This document shows positions 50,670-60,857 of a stretch of 64,000 nt of DNA, in pieces. The notes beneath the pieces are model-generated. The model was not told where the DNA came from and made no database searches. It saw nothing but the letters and a program-made list of their open reading frames with translations. A program made the position numbers and the translations under genes. The stretch spans positions 768,001-832,000 of the forward strand of contig CAXXWQ010000004.1 in assembly GCA_963674945.2 (NCBI GenBank), in the 5' to 3' direction. The stretch's first letter is position 1; each line of letters starts with the position of its first letter. The DNA comes from an uncultured Desulfosarcina sp. (GTDB lineage Bacteria; Desulfobacterota; Desulfobacteria; Desulfobacterales; Desulfosarcinaceae).

Positions 50670-50860
50670 TATCCCATTCTTTGTAACCGCTGGTAATTAC
50701 ATCAGCGTCAATAATAAAGCGATTATCCTTACCCTGAACCTGTTTCTCAGGGCGTCGTCTATGGCGATGCGGGGTAAAATCGCATTAACCAATCTTTGTT
50801 ATTAATTCGGTAGCATTTCTCCGTATTAATAGATCGCTATAAGATTACAAAAAAGGGGGT
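50670..50860 (+). ncRNA. Candidate structured RNA/ssDNA element upstream of the recombinase
   Basis: Nested complementary segments forming a multibranch fold (see findings). Confidence 0.45.
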
Positions 50861-51821
50861 GATTGATTTGAGTAACTCAACGAGAACCGATACGTTGGTA
50901 ATGCAAGCGATACGAGTGATACAAAAAAACAAATCAGGATCGGCAAAAACCAGACACAACCATATCAAAGAAGCCAGAAGATTTGTTACGACGATTCGAG
51001 AGTTGGGTTACGGTGTGAAAAGATGGAAGAATGTCACCAACATTCACGTACAGAAGGCGGTCAACAGGTGGAAAGAAGAAGGCCTTCAGACGGCAACGAT
51101 CAAGGAATATTTAGCCGGCGTAAGGACGGTTTGCAGAATGTATGGAAACGACAGAATCAATCCGAACAATGCAACATTTGGCATCGCAAATCGTGTGTTC
51201 GTGGATAATCGAGATAAATCATTGCCCCAGGAAGTATTTGAAAAAGCGGTAACAGAGTTGAAGAAAAGCGATCACAGTGATGATAAAAGAGTGGCTGCCC
51301 AATTGCAATTAGAACGTTATCTTGGTTTGAGGGTGGAGGAGTCGTCAAAATTTAATGCGCATCAGGCATTGATGACAGGTGGAAGAGTGTTCATACAGCA
51401 TGGAACCAAAGGTGGAAGAGAGCGGATAATAAACGACCTCACGGAGAAAGGGAAAGAGGCGATTGAATATGCAAAAAATATATCCGGGATGAACAATCTG
51501 ATACCAAATAACCACAGTGAAAAACAGTGGATTCAAAAATATTATCGGATAACAAGATCCAAGGGAATCTCAAAAAAAGAATGCGGCGCATCGAGTCACG
51601 GATGTCGACATGCTTATGCACAGGAACGTTACGAAGAGATCACGGGATTTAAAGCCCCATGTAAATTTGAATCAAAAACAGAATTTAGACAAAATGCGGC
51701 AACAATAGCCGGAGAAAAATGGAGGAAACTAAACCAGGATGCAAGGCAGATAATAAAGGCCGAGTTGGGTCACGGCCCGGATCGTGACGATGTTGTAAGC
51801 CAATATTTGGGAGCAACATAA
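50859..51821 (+). CDS. Tyrosine recombinase (Integrase_1-like type)
   Basis: GLRVEES, GTKGGRER, HGCRHAYAQERY, ELGH, SQYLG; full catalytic set present. Confidence 0.9.
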   Translation: MIDLSNSTRTDTLVMQAIRVIQKNKSGSAKTRHNHIKEARRFVTTIRELGYGVKRWKNVTNIHVQKAVNRWKEEGLQTATIKEYLAGVRTVCRMYGNDRINPNNATFGIANRVFVDNRDKSLPQEVFEKAVTELKKSDHSDDKRVAAQLQLERYLGLRVEESSKFNAHQALMTGGRVFIQHGTKGGRERIINDLTEKGKEAIEYAKNISGMNNLIPNNHSEKQWIQKYYRITRSKGISKKECGASSHGCRHAYAQERYEEITGFKAPCKFESKTEFRQNAATIAGEKWRKLNQDARQIIKAELGHGPDRDDVVSQYLGAT

Positions 51822-51846
51822 ATTGCATCATCATAGCTTAAAGTTG

Positions 51847-51879
51847 AAAGCCCCAGCTTCTATAGCTGGGGCTTTTTTA
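51847..51879 (+). terminator. Rho-independent terminator
   Basis: AAAGCCCCAGCT/AGCTGGGGCTTT stem followed by a T-tract. Confidence 0.85.
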
Positions 51880-52045
51880 TGCAGACTAGTCAGATTAAGA
51901 AAGATGAATAAATAAAAATTACAATTGATTACAGCTATCGACTGGCATGTTGGAGAAATCATCCTGGGTCCAGTTCAGTTCAGGGTACCTCTCAGATTCG
52001 TGTGTAATTTGCCAGGTCCCTCTTCAAAATAATTTAGACGCCTTT

Positions 52046-52795
52046 TTATAACCATACAGCCCAGTCGCCGTAGTCAAATGTTCCGGCGCCATGATGCAAT
52101 TTACCCTCAGCCTTCAGTTGCCGAAAAGCGTCACGCATTCGGCCCAGAATTTTAGACTGAATATTTAGTGTGTGATGTGCAGGAAACACGTATTTCACCG
52201 GTAGAGCCGATACCCGCTCTAGGGAATTAAGATACGCCTCTGGATCAGTGGATGGGAAGTAGGCAAACAGTGTGTCTTTATAAATCAAATCGCCGGTGAA
52301 AAGATACCCGCGCTCCTTTTCCCAAAAGCACATATGGCCGGGTGTATGGACTATTTGAACAAGGCGGTCTCCAATATCAATTGTTTCATTATCCTTCAGA
52401 ACCTTTGTCGGATTCCCCTGAAAGAAAATATAGTTGTTTACGTCATAACCTTTCGGCAAGTCGCAACGGTCAACGACCATGCCTTTAATTTGCTCCATTG
52501 TCAGAGGAAATTCTCCGTTAAGCCAGTTCAGTTCAGCCCCATGAGCGTAAAAGTCCGGGAGAAATCCATGACCGCCAATATGATCCCAGTGAATGTGGGT
52601 AGCGATGGCAGTAATCGGCTTGTCAGATAGCTTTTTGACTTCATCATAGATATTAGATATTCCAAGCCCGGTATCAATTAGCAAACTGCGTTCAGAGCCA
52701 TTTAAGAGATAACAATGTGTTTCTTCCCAGTGGGAGTATTCACTTATGATATAAGTTCTCTTGTCGATTTGATCAATTGTAAACCAATTATTCAT
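52046..52795 (-). CDS. MBL-fold metallo-hydrolase
   Basis: LIDTG, THIHWDHIGG, HTPGH, LFTGD, PAHH. Confidence 0.88.
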   Translation of the reverse strand: MNNWFTIDQIDKRTYIISEYSHWEETHCYLLNGSERSLLIDTGLGISNIYDEVKKLSDKPITAIATHIHWDHIGGHGFLPDFYAHGAELNWLNGEFPLTMEQIKGMVVDRCDLPKGYDVNNYIFFQGNPTKVLKDNETIDIGDRLVQIVHTPGHMCFWEKERGYLFTGDLIYKDTLFAYFPSTDPEAYLNSLERVSALPVKYVFPAHHTLNIQSKILGRMRDAFRQLKAEGKLHHGAGTFDYGDWAVWL

Positions 52796-53278
52796 TTGAT
52801 TTTATTTTCAATGCTTTTTTCAATAAATTCTTGTCTGGCAATTTACAATTATCGTCCGCGCCGAACATTAATTCTATATAGTCAGCTTGTTTTCGTTCCT
52901 GAAATCCAAGATTCAGCCTCATTCACGATAGTCAATAAAATTGAAAGATACAAGGAAATGGCATGAATACTATAAGATGTTTAGAGCTACAGGGATTCAG
53001 TAGCTAAGCTGTTGACCGCATCCGCATCGGTTGAGTTTACATATGGAACCAAAAAGCTCTGCAATTTATCGATAGTGCCCCCGGTGAATATGCTGAGAAA
53101 GGAACACACGTCTTAGATCCTTGGATGCAATAAAAGGGACAAGGGCTCACCATTGAGGACCTTGTCCAAGAGGTTGTGAAAAAATCCGTAAACAATTTAT
53201 ATTATCGGCTGGATGCAGAAATCCCTTGACGACCTGCCTGATGTCATGGTTGACCATGACAATTAAAGGAGAAAAGGG

Positions 53279-53467
53279 GTGCTTATGGAGCAAGAATACA
53301 GAGAAATCAAGCAACAACAGTTAAGAAACAGGAAAATTTTTGCCAAATTTGGCTTAGATCAAGAGATAGCCGACAAATGTTTTGACATAAGAAAGCTTGG
53401 GCTTGGCGATGAGTTGCACCGGATCTTAAAGGAAATGATGGCGGAAAAATCGACGTCTTTGTCTTGA
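53279..53467 (+). CDS. Small hypothetical protein
   Basis: 62-aa ORF behind a purine-rich RBS. Confidence 0.35.
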   Translation: MLMEQEYREIKQQQLRNRKIFAKFGLDQEIADKCFDIRKLGLGDELHRILKEMMAEKSTSLS

Positions 53468-53747
53468 TCTTGGCATAATCGATAGGGACACACATCAACT
53501 ATGATGGATTGCCTGACTTTTCGAAATTGAATCAGAAAAATTGTCAGATTGTAATGATAGACAGGCCGTATCTGGAAAGATGGTTTTTGGGACTACGGTA
53601 TTGTAATCATCGGCGGCGGATAAGCTTCTGGCGCTTGGGATAGATCGCCTACCTGGAACTGCATTTACAACAGCCGGTACCGGCCATGGTGAGGTTAGCG
53701 GGTAGCGCGGGGGGGTAAACTGCCTATCAAACAGCATGGAGGGAGCG

Positions 53748-56183
53748 ATGAAATCGTTAAAGACCGCAATGCTATTTTTAACCACGCTTTCTATTGTGCT
53801 CTGCAGCCAGGCGGCTGCTGGGCAAAAGAGTAAAGGCGCCAACGCCATTCCCTATCCTAAAGGGGAATGGAAAGGGGTCCAGGGAAAGACCCTGGCGGAC
53901 TCGAAACCCGATTTTATCGGACAACCAAAGGCGCCCGACGGTGCTCCCAATGTCCTGGTCATCATGCTCGATGACGGCGGCTACTCGAGTGCAACATCCT
54001 ATGGCGGCGTCATGAAGACGCCCACGTTCGACCGTCTGGGTGATGAAGGCATCCGATATACCCATATGTCCGTGGCTGCGGTATGTTCCCCCACCCGGGG
54101 CTCGCTGTTGACCGGCTACAATATTCACCAAATCGGCACCGGCATCATATCGGAGTTTGCCACCGGTTATCCGGGGTACAACTCTCAAATCGACTACACC
54201 ACCCCATCCATTGCCAAGATTTTAACTGACAACGGATATGCCACGGCAGCCTTCGGCAAATGGCACAACACCCCCATGGAAGAGGCCTCGCCTGCCGGTC
54301 CGTTCGAGAGCTGGCCCACCGGTATCTGGGGTTTCGAGTATTTCTGGGGATTTCTGGGCGGTGAAACAAACCAGTTTCATCCCTTGTTGTACGAAAACAC
54401 CACGGCCATTGAAACCCCTAAAACCAATGCTGATGGATCGGAATTCCATCTTTCCCAGGGCATGGCCGACCAAGCCATAAAATGGCTGGACAACTGGAAA
54501 GGCCTGCGGGATGTTCCATTCTTTATGTACTATACACCGGGTGCCGTGCATGCTCCCATCCAGGTACCCAAAGAGTGGCGCGACAAGTACAAAGGACAGT
54601 TTGATGACGGCTGGCATGCCTACCGGGCGAATCTGCTGGAACGCCAAAAAAAAATGGGGTTGGCGCCTGAAGACGCCCAAATCGTGGACTGGCCGGAAGT
54701 CCTGCCCAAATGGGATTCCTTCAGCAAGGAGGGGAAAGCGTATCTGGCACGGCAGATGGAGGTCAATGCCGCTTTTCTGGAACATGTGGATTATCACATC
54801 GGGCGTCTCATTGAACATCTTAAGGAAATGGGCGAGCTGGACAATACCCTGGTTATTTATATGACCGCTGACAACGGCTGTACCGCGGAAGGAACCCCCA
54901 CCGGGACATTTTCCGAGCTGTTGTTTCAGAACGGGTTCCCGCCGCTGACCATGGAGCAGCAACTGGAAAAACTCGAAGAGTTCGGAGGAATGGATGCCTG
55001 GGGCGGGCCGCACATGGCCAACCATTATTCCGTCGGATGGGCGTATGCCTCATCAACCCCGTTTCAGTGGACCAAGCAGATAGCGTCCCATTTCGGCGGA
55101 ACCATGGTCGCCACGGCCGTCCGGTATCCCAAAGCTATAAAGGCCAGAGGAGAATGGCGAAGACAATTTCAGAACGTTATTGATTTAGTTCCCACGATTC
55201 TGGAAGTTACCGGGGTTCCGGCGCCCGACTATGTAAATGGTCAGAAAAGAAAAGCCTATCCGGGCAAATCGCTTACCTATGCCTGGAACGATGCGGATGC
55301 CAAAACCAATCATCCCACCCAGTATTTTGAAATGCTGGGCTTCATGGGTCTCTATCATGATGGGTGGACCATCTCCGGGAAACCCTACCGTATCCCCTGG
55401 TCAACAGATCCCGCAGCCATGGCAAACTTCGATCCCCTGAACACCGAATGGGAGTTGTACAATATCAATGAAGATCCCATCCAGCAGGTGAATGTGGCGG
55501 ACAAGTACCCGAAAAAAGTTAAAGAACTGGATAAACTGTTCTGGGAAGAGGCGGACAAGTATGATGTCTACCCTGTCGGCGGTTCCCTGGGCCGCCTGCT
55601 GCAGCCGGCATCCAATCCGCAACGGGCCGCCAAAAGACACTGGGAGCTGACACCCAATGTATACCGGGTTCCCGAACTGGCCGGACCCGAGATCAAATCC
55701 ACCAACTATGAGGTCAATGCCTATATAACGGCTGATGATACGACCCAGGGGGTGATTTATGCGGTTGGCGAACATATCGGCGGACAGGCGCTGTTTATCA
55801 AAGACGGAAAGCTAAGATACAGCTACTCCACGCTCGGCCTTTACTGGCACGATTTTGACGGGAATGTGAAAATACCGCACGGTGATATTAAAATCACATT
55901 GAAGCATACCATGAAAGAACCCCGGTTGAACGGCCCGTCCACCGTTGAATTCTTCATCAACGACGAAAAGGTAGGCGCAATGGACATTACCGCGACGGTT
56001 TATGCGGCCTTTACCGGTCACGAAACCTTTGATATCGGCCGTGATGAAGGCCTGCCGGTGAATGAGGAATATGCAGACAAAGGTAAATTCATATTTACAC
56101 CGGGACAGTTGCACAAGGTCGTGTTCGATATCAAGAATCCCGAAGAGAAAGTGGAAGCCTCCGAGTACAGCATTATTGACTAG
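53748..56183 (+). CDS. Exported arylsulfatase (Cys-type)
   Basis: PNVLVIMLDD, CSPTRGSLLTG signature, FGKWH, HAP, DNG; signal peptide. Confidence 0.93.
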   Translation: MKSLKTAMLFLTTLSIVLCSQAAAGQKSKGANAIPYPKGEWKGVQGKTLADSKPDFIGQPKAPDGAPNVLVIMLDDGGYSSATSYGGVMKTPTFDRLGDEGIRYTHMSVAAVCSPTRGSLLTGYNIHQIGTGIISEFATGYPGYNSQIDYTTPSIAKILTDNGYATAAFGKWHNTPMEEASPAGPFESWPTGIWGFEYFWGFLGGETNQFHPLLYENTTAIETPKTNADGSEFHLSQGMADQAIKWLDNWKGLRDVPFFMYYTPGAVHAPIQVPKEWRDKYKGQFDDGWHAYRANLLERQKKMGLAPEDAQIVDWPEVLPKWDSFSKEGKAYLARQMEVNAAFLEHVDYHIGRLIEHLKEMGELDNTLVIYMTADNGCTAEGTPTGTFSELLFQNGFPPLTMEQQLEKLEEFGGMDAWGGPHMANHYSVGWAYASSTPFQWTKQIASHFGGTMVATAVRYPKAIKARGEWRRQFQNVIDLVPTILEVTGVPAPDYVNGQKRKAYPGKSLTYAWNDADAKTNHPTQYFEMLGFMGLYHDGWTISGKPYRIPWSTDPAAMANFDPLNTEWELYNINEDPIQQVNVADKYPKKVKELDKLFWEEADKYDVYPVGGSLGRLLQPASNPQRAAKRHWELTPNVYRVPELAGPEIKSTNYEVNAYITADDTTQGVIYAVGEHIGGQALFIKDGKLRYSYSTLGLYWHDFDGNVKIPHGDIKITLKHTMKEPRLNGPSTVEFFINDEKVGAMDITATVYAAFTGHETFDIGRDEGLPVNEEYADKGKFIFTPGQLHKVVFDIKNPEEKVEASEYSIID

Positions 56184-56315
56184 GTTGATAATTCATCTAA
56201 AAAAAGCCGCAAGGGCTGTGGCCACGATCCGGTGGCCTCACCCTTGCGGGCCTCATCCCCGTTGCACTGGCCGGCGTATACCACCAGGCGGCGACGAATT
56301 CAAAGGAGACAGATT

Positions 56316-57125
56316 ATGAGAACGATGAATGTGGCCTTGCTGGCGATCTTCCTATCAGGGGCCTTGTTGTTGTCCTGCGCACGACAAGCCCCTGCACCAC
56401 CCGCCACCCCTGCGCAACCCGCGGTGCTTGGCGACGGCGCCGGTGCCAAGTACGATCGTGTTGAAAATGTGCACCAGGTGCGATTCATCGAAATCTTCCT
56501 TGTCGGCCGCGAGGCAAGCACGGGGAACGTAGTCGCGGCCGTCTACAACACCATGTACACCCCCCAGGGCATCCCGGCGTCGAGAGACACTGCTCCGCAA
56601 GCGCTGCTCGAGGGCCTCAACTTCGACCACATTAAGAAGGAATACGGCGTCCTCGGTGCGTCCTTGAACGGCCCGAAACTCTGCCTGCCCGGTTGGGTTG
56701 AAATCGATGTCGGGGTCGAAAGAGATTTCAACGGTCTTGCCGCCGTGTGGGTCGCCCAACTGAACATGGGCAACAACACCAGCGTCGGTGAAATCGCGCC
56801 CTACAAGCCCGTGACTATCGCCCGGCACAGTGGGTTGGGTTGGAACAAGGGCAGGACCGTGATTCTCCTTGACGATGCTGAAGGCAACACCTGGATCATG
56901 AAAGGATTCGAGTTGGGCCTCAAACCGCAACATACTTACGATGAATTTCTTGCCGCCTTGCCAAGCGTTTACCAGAAGCTCCCGGAGGGCTGGAAGGTGC
57001 GGGTCAAGACGCTGGAGGAGGATCTGATCGAAAAGCCGGAAGGCGGAGTCGCCACCATCATGTCGGACGAGTTCTTCAATGTCTATGACAAGACCGGGTC
57101 AGGCATGACCAACTACAAGCCCTAG
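56316..57125 (+). CDS. Hypothetical lipoprotein
   Basis: AAGGAG RBS, LLSC lipobox, Pro/Ala linker. Confidence 0.7.
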   Translation: MRTMNVALLAIFLSGALLLSCARQAPAPPATPAQPAVLGDGAGAKYDRVENVHQVRFIEIFLVGREASTGNVVAAVYNTMYTPQGIPASRDTAPQALLEGLNFDHIKKEYGVLGASLNGPKLCLPGWVEIDVGVERDFNGLAAVWVAQLNMGNNTSVGEIAPYKPVTIARHSGLGWNKGRTVILLDDAEGNTWIMKGFELGLKPQHTYDEFLAALPSVYQKLPEGWKVRVKTLEEDLIEKPEGGVATIMSDEFFNVYDKTGSGMTNYKP

Positions 57126-57232
57126 TCATCCGACATTGGGTCGACCTGACCACTCAGTCGTGGGTTGGCGCTCATCTCCTCCGTGATAGCTCTATTTCCG
57201 GACGTGCGGTCGTCGGAGGTGCGATTGACTCC

Positions 57233-58308
57233 TTGGGGTCGGAAGTGGGCAAGGCATTGGCTGCGTCAACTAAAACGCCGCATAATATCAGTCTTACACT
57301 GCGCAACTGGATGATCGGTTTCTACATTACCGAATATGAGCAGAACGGCGCCGACCGTGCTAATTATGGTGACCGATTACTTGGTCGACTTTCCGAGAGC
57401 TTGGCCTCCAAGGGAGTCAGTCGTATCGAAGAACGCGAATTGCGGCGCTATCGACAGTTTTATCAAACTTATCCGCAGATTCGGGAGACAGTGTCTCCCG
57501 AATTGTATCAACGCCTGCTCGGTCCGCTGGTGACGATTGATGAAAAAAAACGGGAGACAGTGACTCCCGAATTGTCTCTTCCGGGAAAGGATCTGATAGC
57601 AAGATTGTCCTTTAGCCATTTTGCTGAACTGCTCAAATTCGAAGATCATATTCAACGGGCTTTCTATGAAATAGAGTGCATCCAAGGAAATTGGTCAGTG
57701 CGGGAACTAAAACGCCAGGTTGGTAGCCTCTATTATGAACGTTCCGGGCTCTCTAAGAACAAAAAGAAGTTGTCTGAAATGGCGCGGCAATGCGCCCAGA
57801 CGATCAATCCCATGGTGACGGTTCGTGATCCTTATGTCTTTGAGTTTTAGGGCTCAAATCAAAGGAAGTGATGAGCGAATCCCACCTGGAAGACCAGTTG
57901 TTGGACAAGCTGCAAGAATTCCTGTTGGAACTTGGCCATGGTTTTTGCTTTGAGGCGCGTCAAAAACGCATATTGATCGGTGATGAGCACTTTTTTGTGG
58001 ACTTGGTCTTTTACCATAGAATACTCAAGTGCCATGTGTTGGCCGAGCTAAAACTGGAAAAATTCAACCATCAAAACATCGGACAGCCTAACACCTATGT
58101 GAGCTGGTATCGTGACAACATGATGGCTGACGGCGATAATCCGCCTGTGGGCATCTTGCTCTGTACCGGCAAGAACCTGACACTTGTCGAATATGCTCTG
58201 GCCGGCATGGACAACCACTTGTTTGTATCAAAATACATGTTGGAACTGCCCAAGAAAGAGCAGATGCAACAATTCATTGAACAGCAGATCAAAAAATCAG
58301 GCGTTTGA
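57233..58308 (+). pseudogene. YhcG/DUF1016 PD-(D/E)xK nuclease-family gene, frameshifted and probably 5'-truncated
   Basis: NWMIGFYI.EYEQ, LSFSHF, WSVRELKRQ, DPYVFEF, then -1 nt in a T-run (~57846) before LGLK; VDLVFYH, ELK, PVGILLC. Confidence 0.85.
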
Positions 58309-58391
58309 CAGAATAGATATTTAATCATTGGCCAGCCGATATTGGAAAGATGCATCTACATCATATGATATGAAAAATAGTCATTTGACCG

Positions 58392-58841
58392 ATGGCTGGA
58401 AAGATTAACGGACAAAGGAGAAAAAAGTATTTGGAATCTGAATTAACTTGGACAGTATATCTGGTTAAATGTTCCGACAATTCTCTGTATTGCGGAATCA
58501 CAAATGACTTAAAAAGACGTTTACGCGCCCATGATCTCGGGAAAGGCGCAAAATATACGAGATCAAGAAATCCTGTCGAACTAGTGGAAAAAAGCGCCAG
58601 GATGACCAAAAGTGATGCCCTCAAGCTCGAAAATCACATTAAAAGTTTACCCGCAAAACTCAAACTTTCTGAGCTTAAACATTGGGAACTTTATAATGAA
58701 ATAAAAAACCGGCAGACTGGCCAAAAAAAGATGAGAGACGCTCTCCCAATTGTTGAGACACTTCAAGATGTTTGCGACAGCCTAAAAACTCTTGCGACTT
58801 CGGTAGATAAAATTGCCAGGGGTCATAATTTTAACAGTTGA
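58392..58841 (+). CDS. GIY-YIG nuclease (YhbQ/UPF0213-like)
   Basis: VYLVKCSDNSLYCGITNDLKRRL..H..GKGAKYTR. Confidence 0.88.
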   Translation: MAGKINGQRRKKYLESELTWTVYLVKCSDNSLYCGITNDLKRRLRAHDLGKGAKYTRSRNPVELVEKSARMTKSDALKLENHIKSLPAKLKLSELKHWELYNEIKNRQTGQKKMRDALPIVETLQDVCDSLKTLATSVDKIARGHNFNS

Positions 58842-58941
58842 TTTTGGTAGGAACTATAGTCGGTAGATTGGATGGGAATTTAATCGGCGGTCGCAAACCG
58901 TCCGATTATGCGGGAATCTGAAGGGACACCCCAAAAGGCCG

Positions 58942-59028
58942 ATGGCATTGAAAATCCTCGTATATAACGGCCAAGGATTCTGGCTTTTTCAAAAACGGCT
59001 ATCGAAGGGGCGGTTTACCTGGTGGCCC
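58942..59028 (+). pseudogene. IS66 TnpB accessory protein fragment
   Basis: Reads ALKILVYNGQGFWLFQKRLSKGRFTWWP. Confidence 0.7.
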
Positions 59029-59629
59029 AAGCCATGGCACGATTCAATTCAAAGTACCACTAACATTCACGCTTAAATTGATAAGAGCAAATAGAGCAGC
59101 TTCTGTTTTTGTGGTCTATTCTGCACATAGCCTTTTCAATGAATCTATCTCGATTGATCGATCGCAGATTTTCATGTGGAATACAGAAAATAATGCTGAG
59201 TTGAAACCAGTGGCCCCGAAAAGAGCACTATTGGCAATTAGTGCTCAGCCGACATCCTAAACATACATGCAGTTTTACCTGATTTGCGATATAATCGGGC
59301 ACCCGTTAAAAGGCTCCTGTCAACAAAAAACACCCTACCATCGCAAAAAGGATACATTTTTTGCAGGGACAAATTCAATACAGCGTTCATCCTGTTTTTA
59401 CCTGCACCCGATATTTCTGAAAACTTACTGTGCAGACCTAATGAATCTGCTTACAGGCACCCATCAGGATCAAGGCCAAAGCAGACAATACCTTTGAAAA
59501 GCTGTTCCGTAGCATAGAAGCCATAACGCCTTGTAGCGGAATAACCGTATTCTCTTTTAGCTCCTGCTCCACCATCGGACCCCAGAAAAAAATCGGTGCC
59601 TTGTCAAAACCAATGGGTTGTTACAAGAT

Positions 59630-59746
59630 CTAAAGCTCCTCATGAAATGGGACCCGATCTCGCATAACGTAGTAGCAGAGATGCGGGCCAATTTGTTGCC
59701 CAGCGCTTTGATTGCCAGGCTTGAATTGGCCTGGTCAACTTTCCGG
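59630..59746 (-). pseudogene. IS110-family transposase C-terminal fragment
   Basis: Reads RK...AIKALGNKLAR then, after a frameshift, CYYVMRDRVPF. Confidence 0.55.
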
Positions 59747-60436
59747 TTATCTTTCGGGACGCGTATCTAAGGGCCTTATGTTTCCCGGCGTATTAACCTT
59801 TACTGAATTGATCTGCATAGACACTGGAACATTTTTAAGTTTTGTATATACTTGATTCTGGAGAATATTTTGGAGTAATTGGATGTCTTGGTTTTCTCGG
59901 TTAAGCCAATGAGCATAGGCCCCCGGTTTCAGAATGACCGGCATACGGTTGTGGATAGGCATTACAGATCCACTGGCTTCTCTTGTAAGAATAGTGCAAG
60001 ATCGATATGGTATTGGCTCTTTCCCCTGATTATCCCATGACTCCCATAGGCCTGCGAAAGCAAACGGATGGCCATTTGGCAATGTCAGGAACATTGGCTG
60101 TTTCTGACCCTTATCTCCCTTCCACTCGAAGAATCCATCAGCAAGGATCATGCACCTCCGCGACTTGAATGCAGTACGAAAACTTGGTTTGGTGGCCACT
60201 GTTTCAGACCTTGCGTTTATCATTCTGCTGCCTACGGTGGTATTCTTCGCCCAGAACGGAACGAATCCCCAGTGGAGTCTCTCCAAATGATTTCTCGTAT
60301 CGTGACGAACGATAGCCAGAATTTCCTGTGTGGGAGCGATATTGTAGTTGGGTGTCACCTCGACCTTGGCTAAATCTATGGGAAAGTATTTTATTAACTC
60401 TTGAAGTTGTCTGAAACCAACGAATCTTCCGCACAT
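59747..60436 (-). CDS. SOS response-associated peptidase (SRAP/YedK family)
   Basis: MCGRF N-terminus, YNIAPTQ, INARSET, DGFFEW, HNRMPVIL. Confidence 0.95.
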   Translation of the reverse strand: MCGRFVGFRQLQELIKYFPIDLAKVEVTPNYNIAPTQEILAIVRHDTRNHLERLHWGFVPFWAKNTTVGSRMINARSETVATKPSFRTAFKSRRCMILADGFFEWKGDKGQKQPMFLTLPNGHPFAFAGLWESWDNQGKEPIPYRSCTILTREASGSVMPIHNRMPVILKPGAYAHWLNRENQDIQLLQNILQNQVYTKLKNVPVSMQINSVKVNTPGNIRPLDTRPER

Positions 60437-60536
60437 GTCAGCCTCCGTTCTGCTTGTCCCGTAATTTTCCCGTAGTAAAAGTAAAAGGGCACCTCTCCAC
60501 TAATAGAGAAAATGCCCTTTTGCTGCAGGAAATTTC

Positions 60537-60737
60537 CTAAACTACGGTAACATTTTTGGCTGAAGGGCCCTTAGGTCCTTGCTCAACGTCAAAGGTAACT
60601 CGGTCACCCTCTTTGAGGGATTTAAAGCCTGTCGCATTGATCGCTGAATGATGAACAAAGACGTCGCCACCATCTTCCTGCTCAATGAATCCGAATCCTT
60701 TCTTGTCGTTAAACCACTTCACTATCCCATTGGCCAT
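60537..60737 (-). CDS. Cold-shock protein
   Basis: [29 protein letters not shown]. Confidence 0.95.
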   Translation of the reverse strand: MANGIVKWFNDKKGFGFIEQEDGGDVFVHHSAINATGFKSLKEGDRVTFDVEQGPKGPSAKNVTVV

Positions 60738-60857
60738 GATAGCGCTTTCCTTTCTTTTTATTTTCAACGTTACAAATTGGAGGATACCATTTTGGCAAGT
60801 GAAGATGACCTTGAGTAAGGAATCTTCAATGCGTTAAAGGGCCAGAATCATAGACTT

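Noticed and set aside
51770..51778. TCACGGCCC match to the tRNA-Lys 3' end as a possible attR
   Set aside because: Only 9 bp, inside the recombinase coding sequence; a similar match occurs at ~1078, so chance is sufficient
50859..51821. Calling this recombinase the ICE integrase
   Set aside because: It is not next to an att site, lacks an obvious arm-binding N-domain, and sits in the leading-region block
52046..52795. Metallo-beta-lactamase resistance gene
   Set aside because: The HxHxDH fold motif is generic; there is no signal peptide or class B beta-lactamase-specific feature
54222..55025. Long antisense ORFs here and across the tra and core genes
   Set aside because: They are shadows of well-supported genes on the other strand and have no motifs
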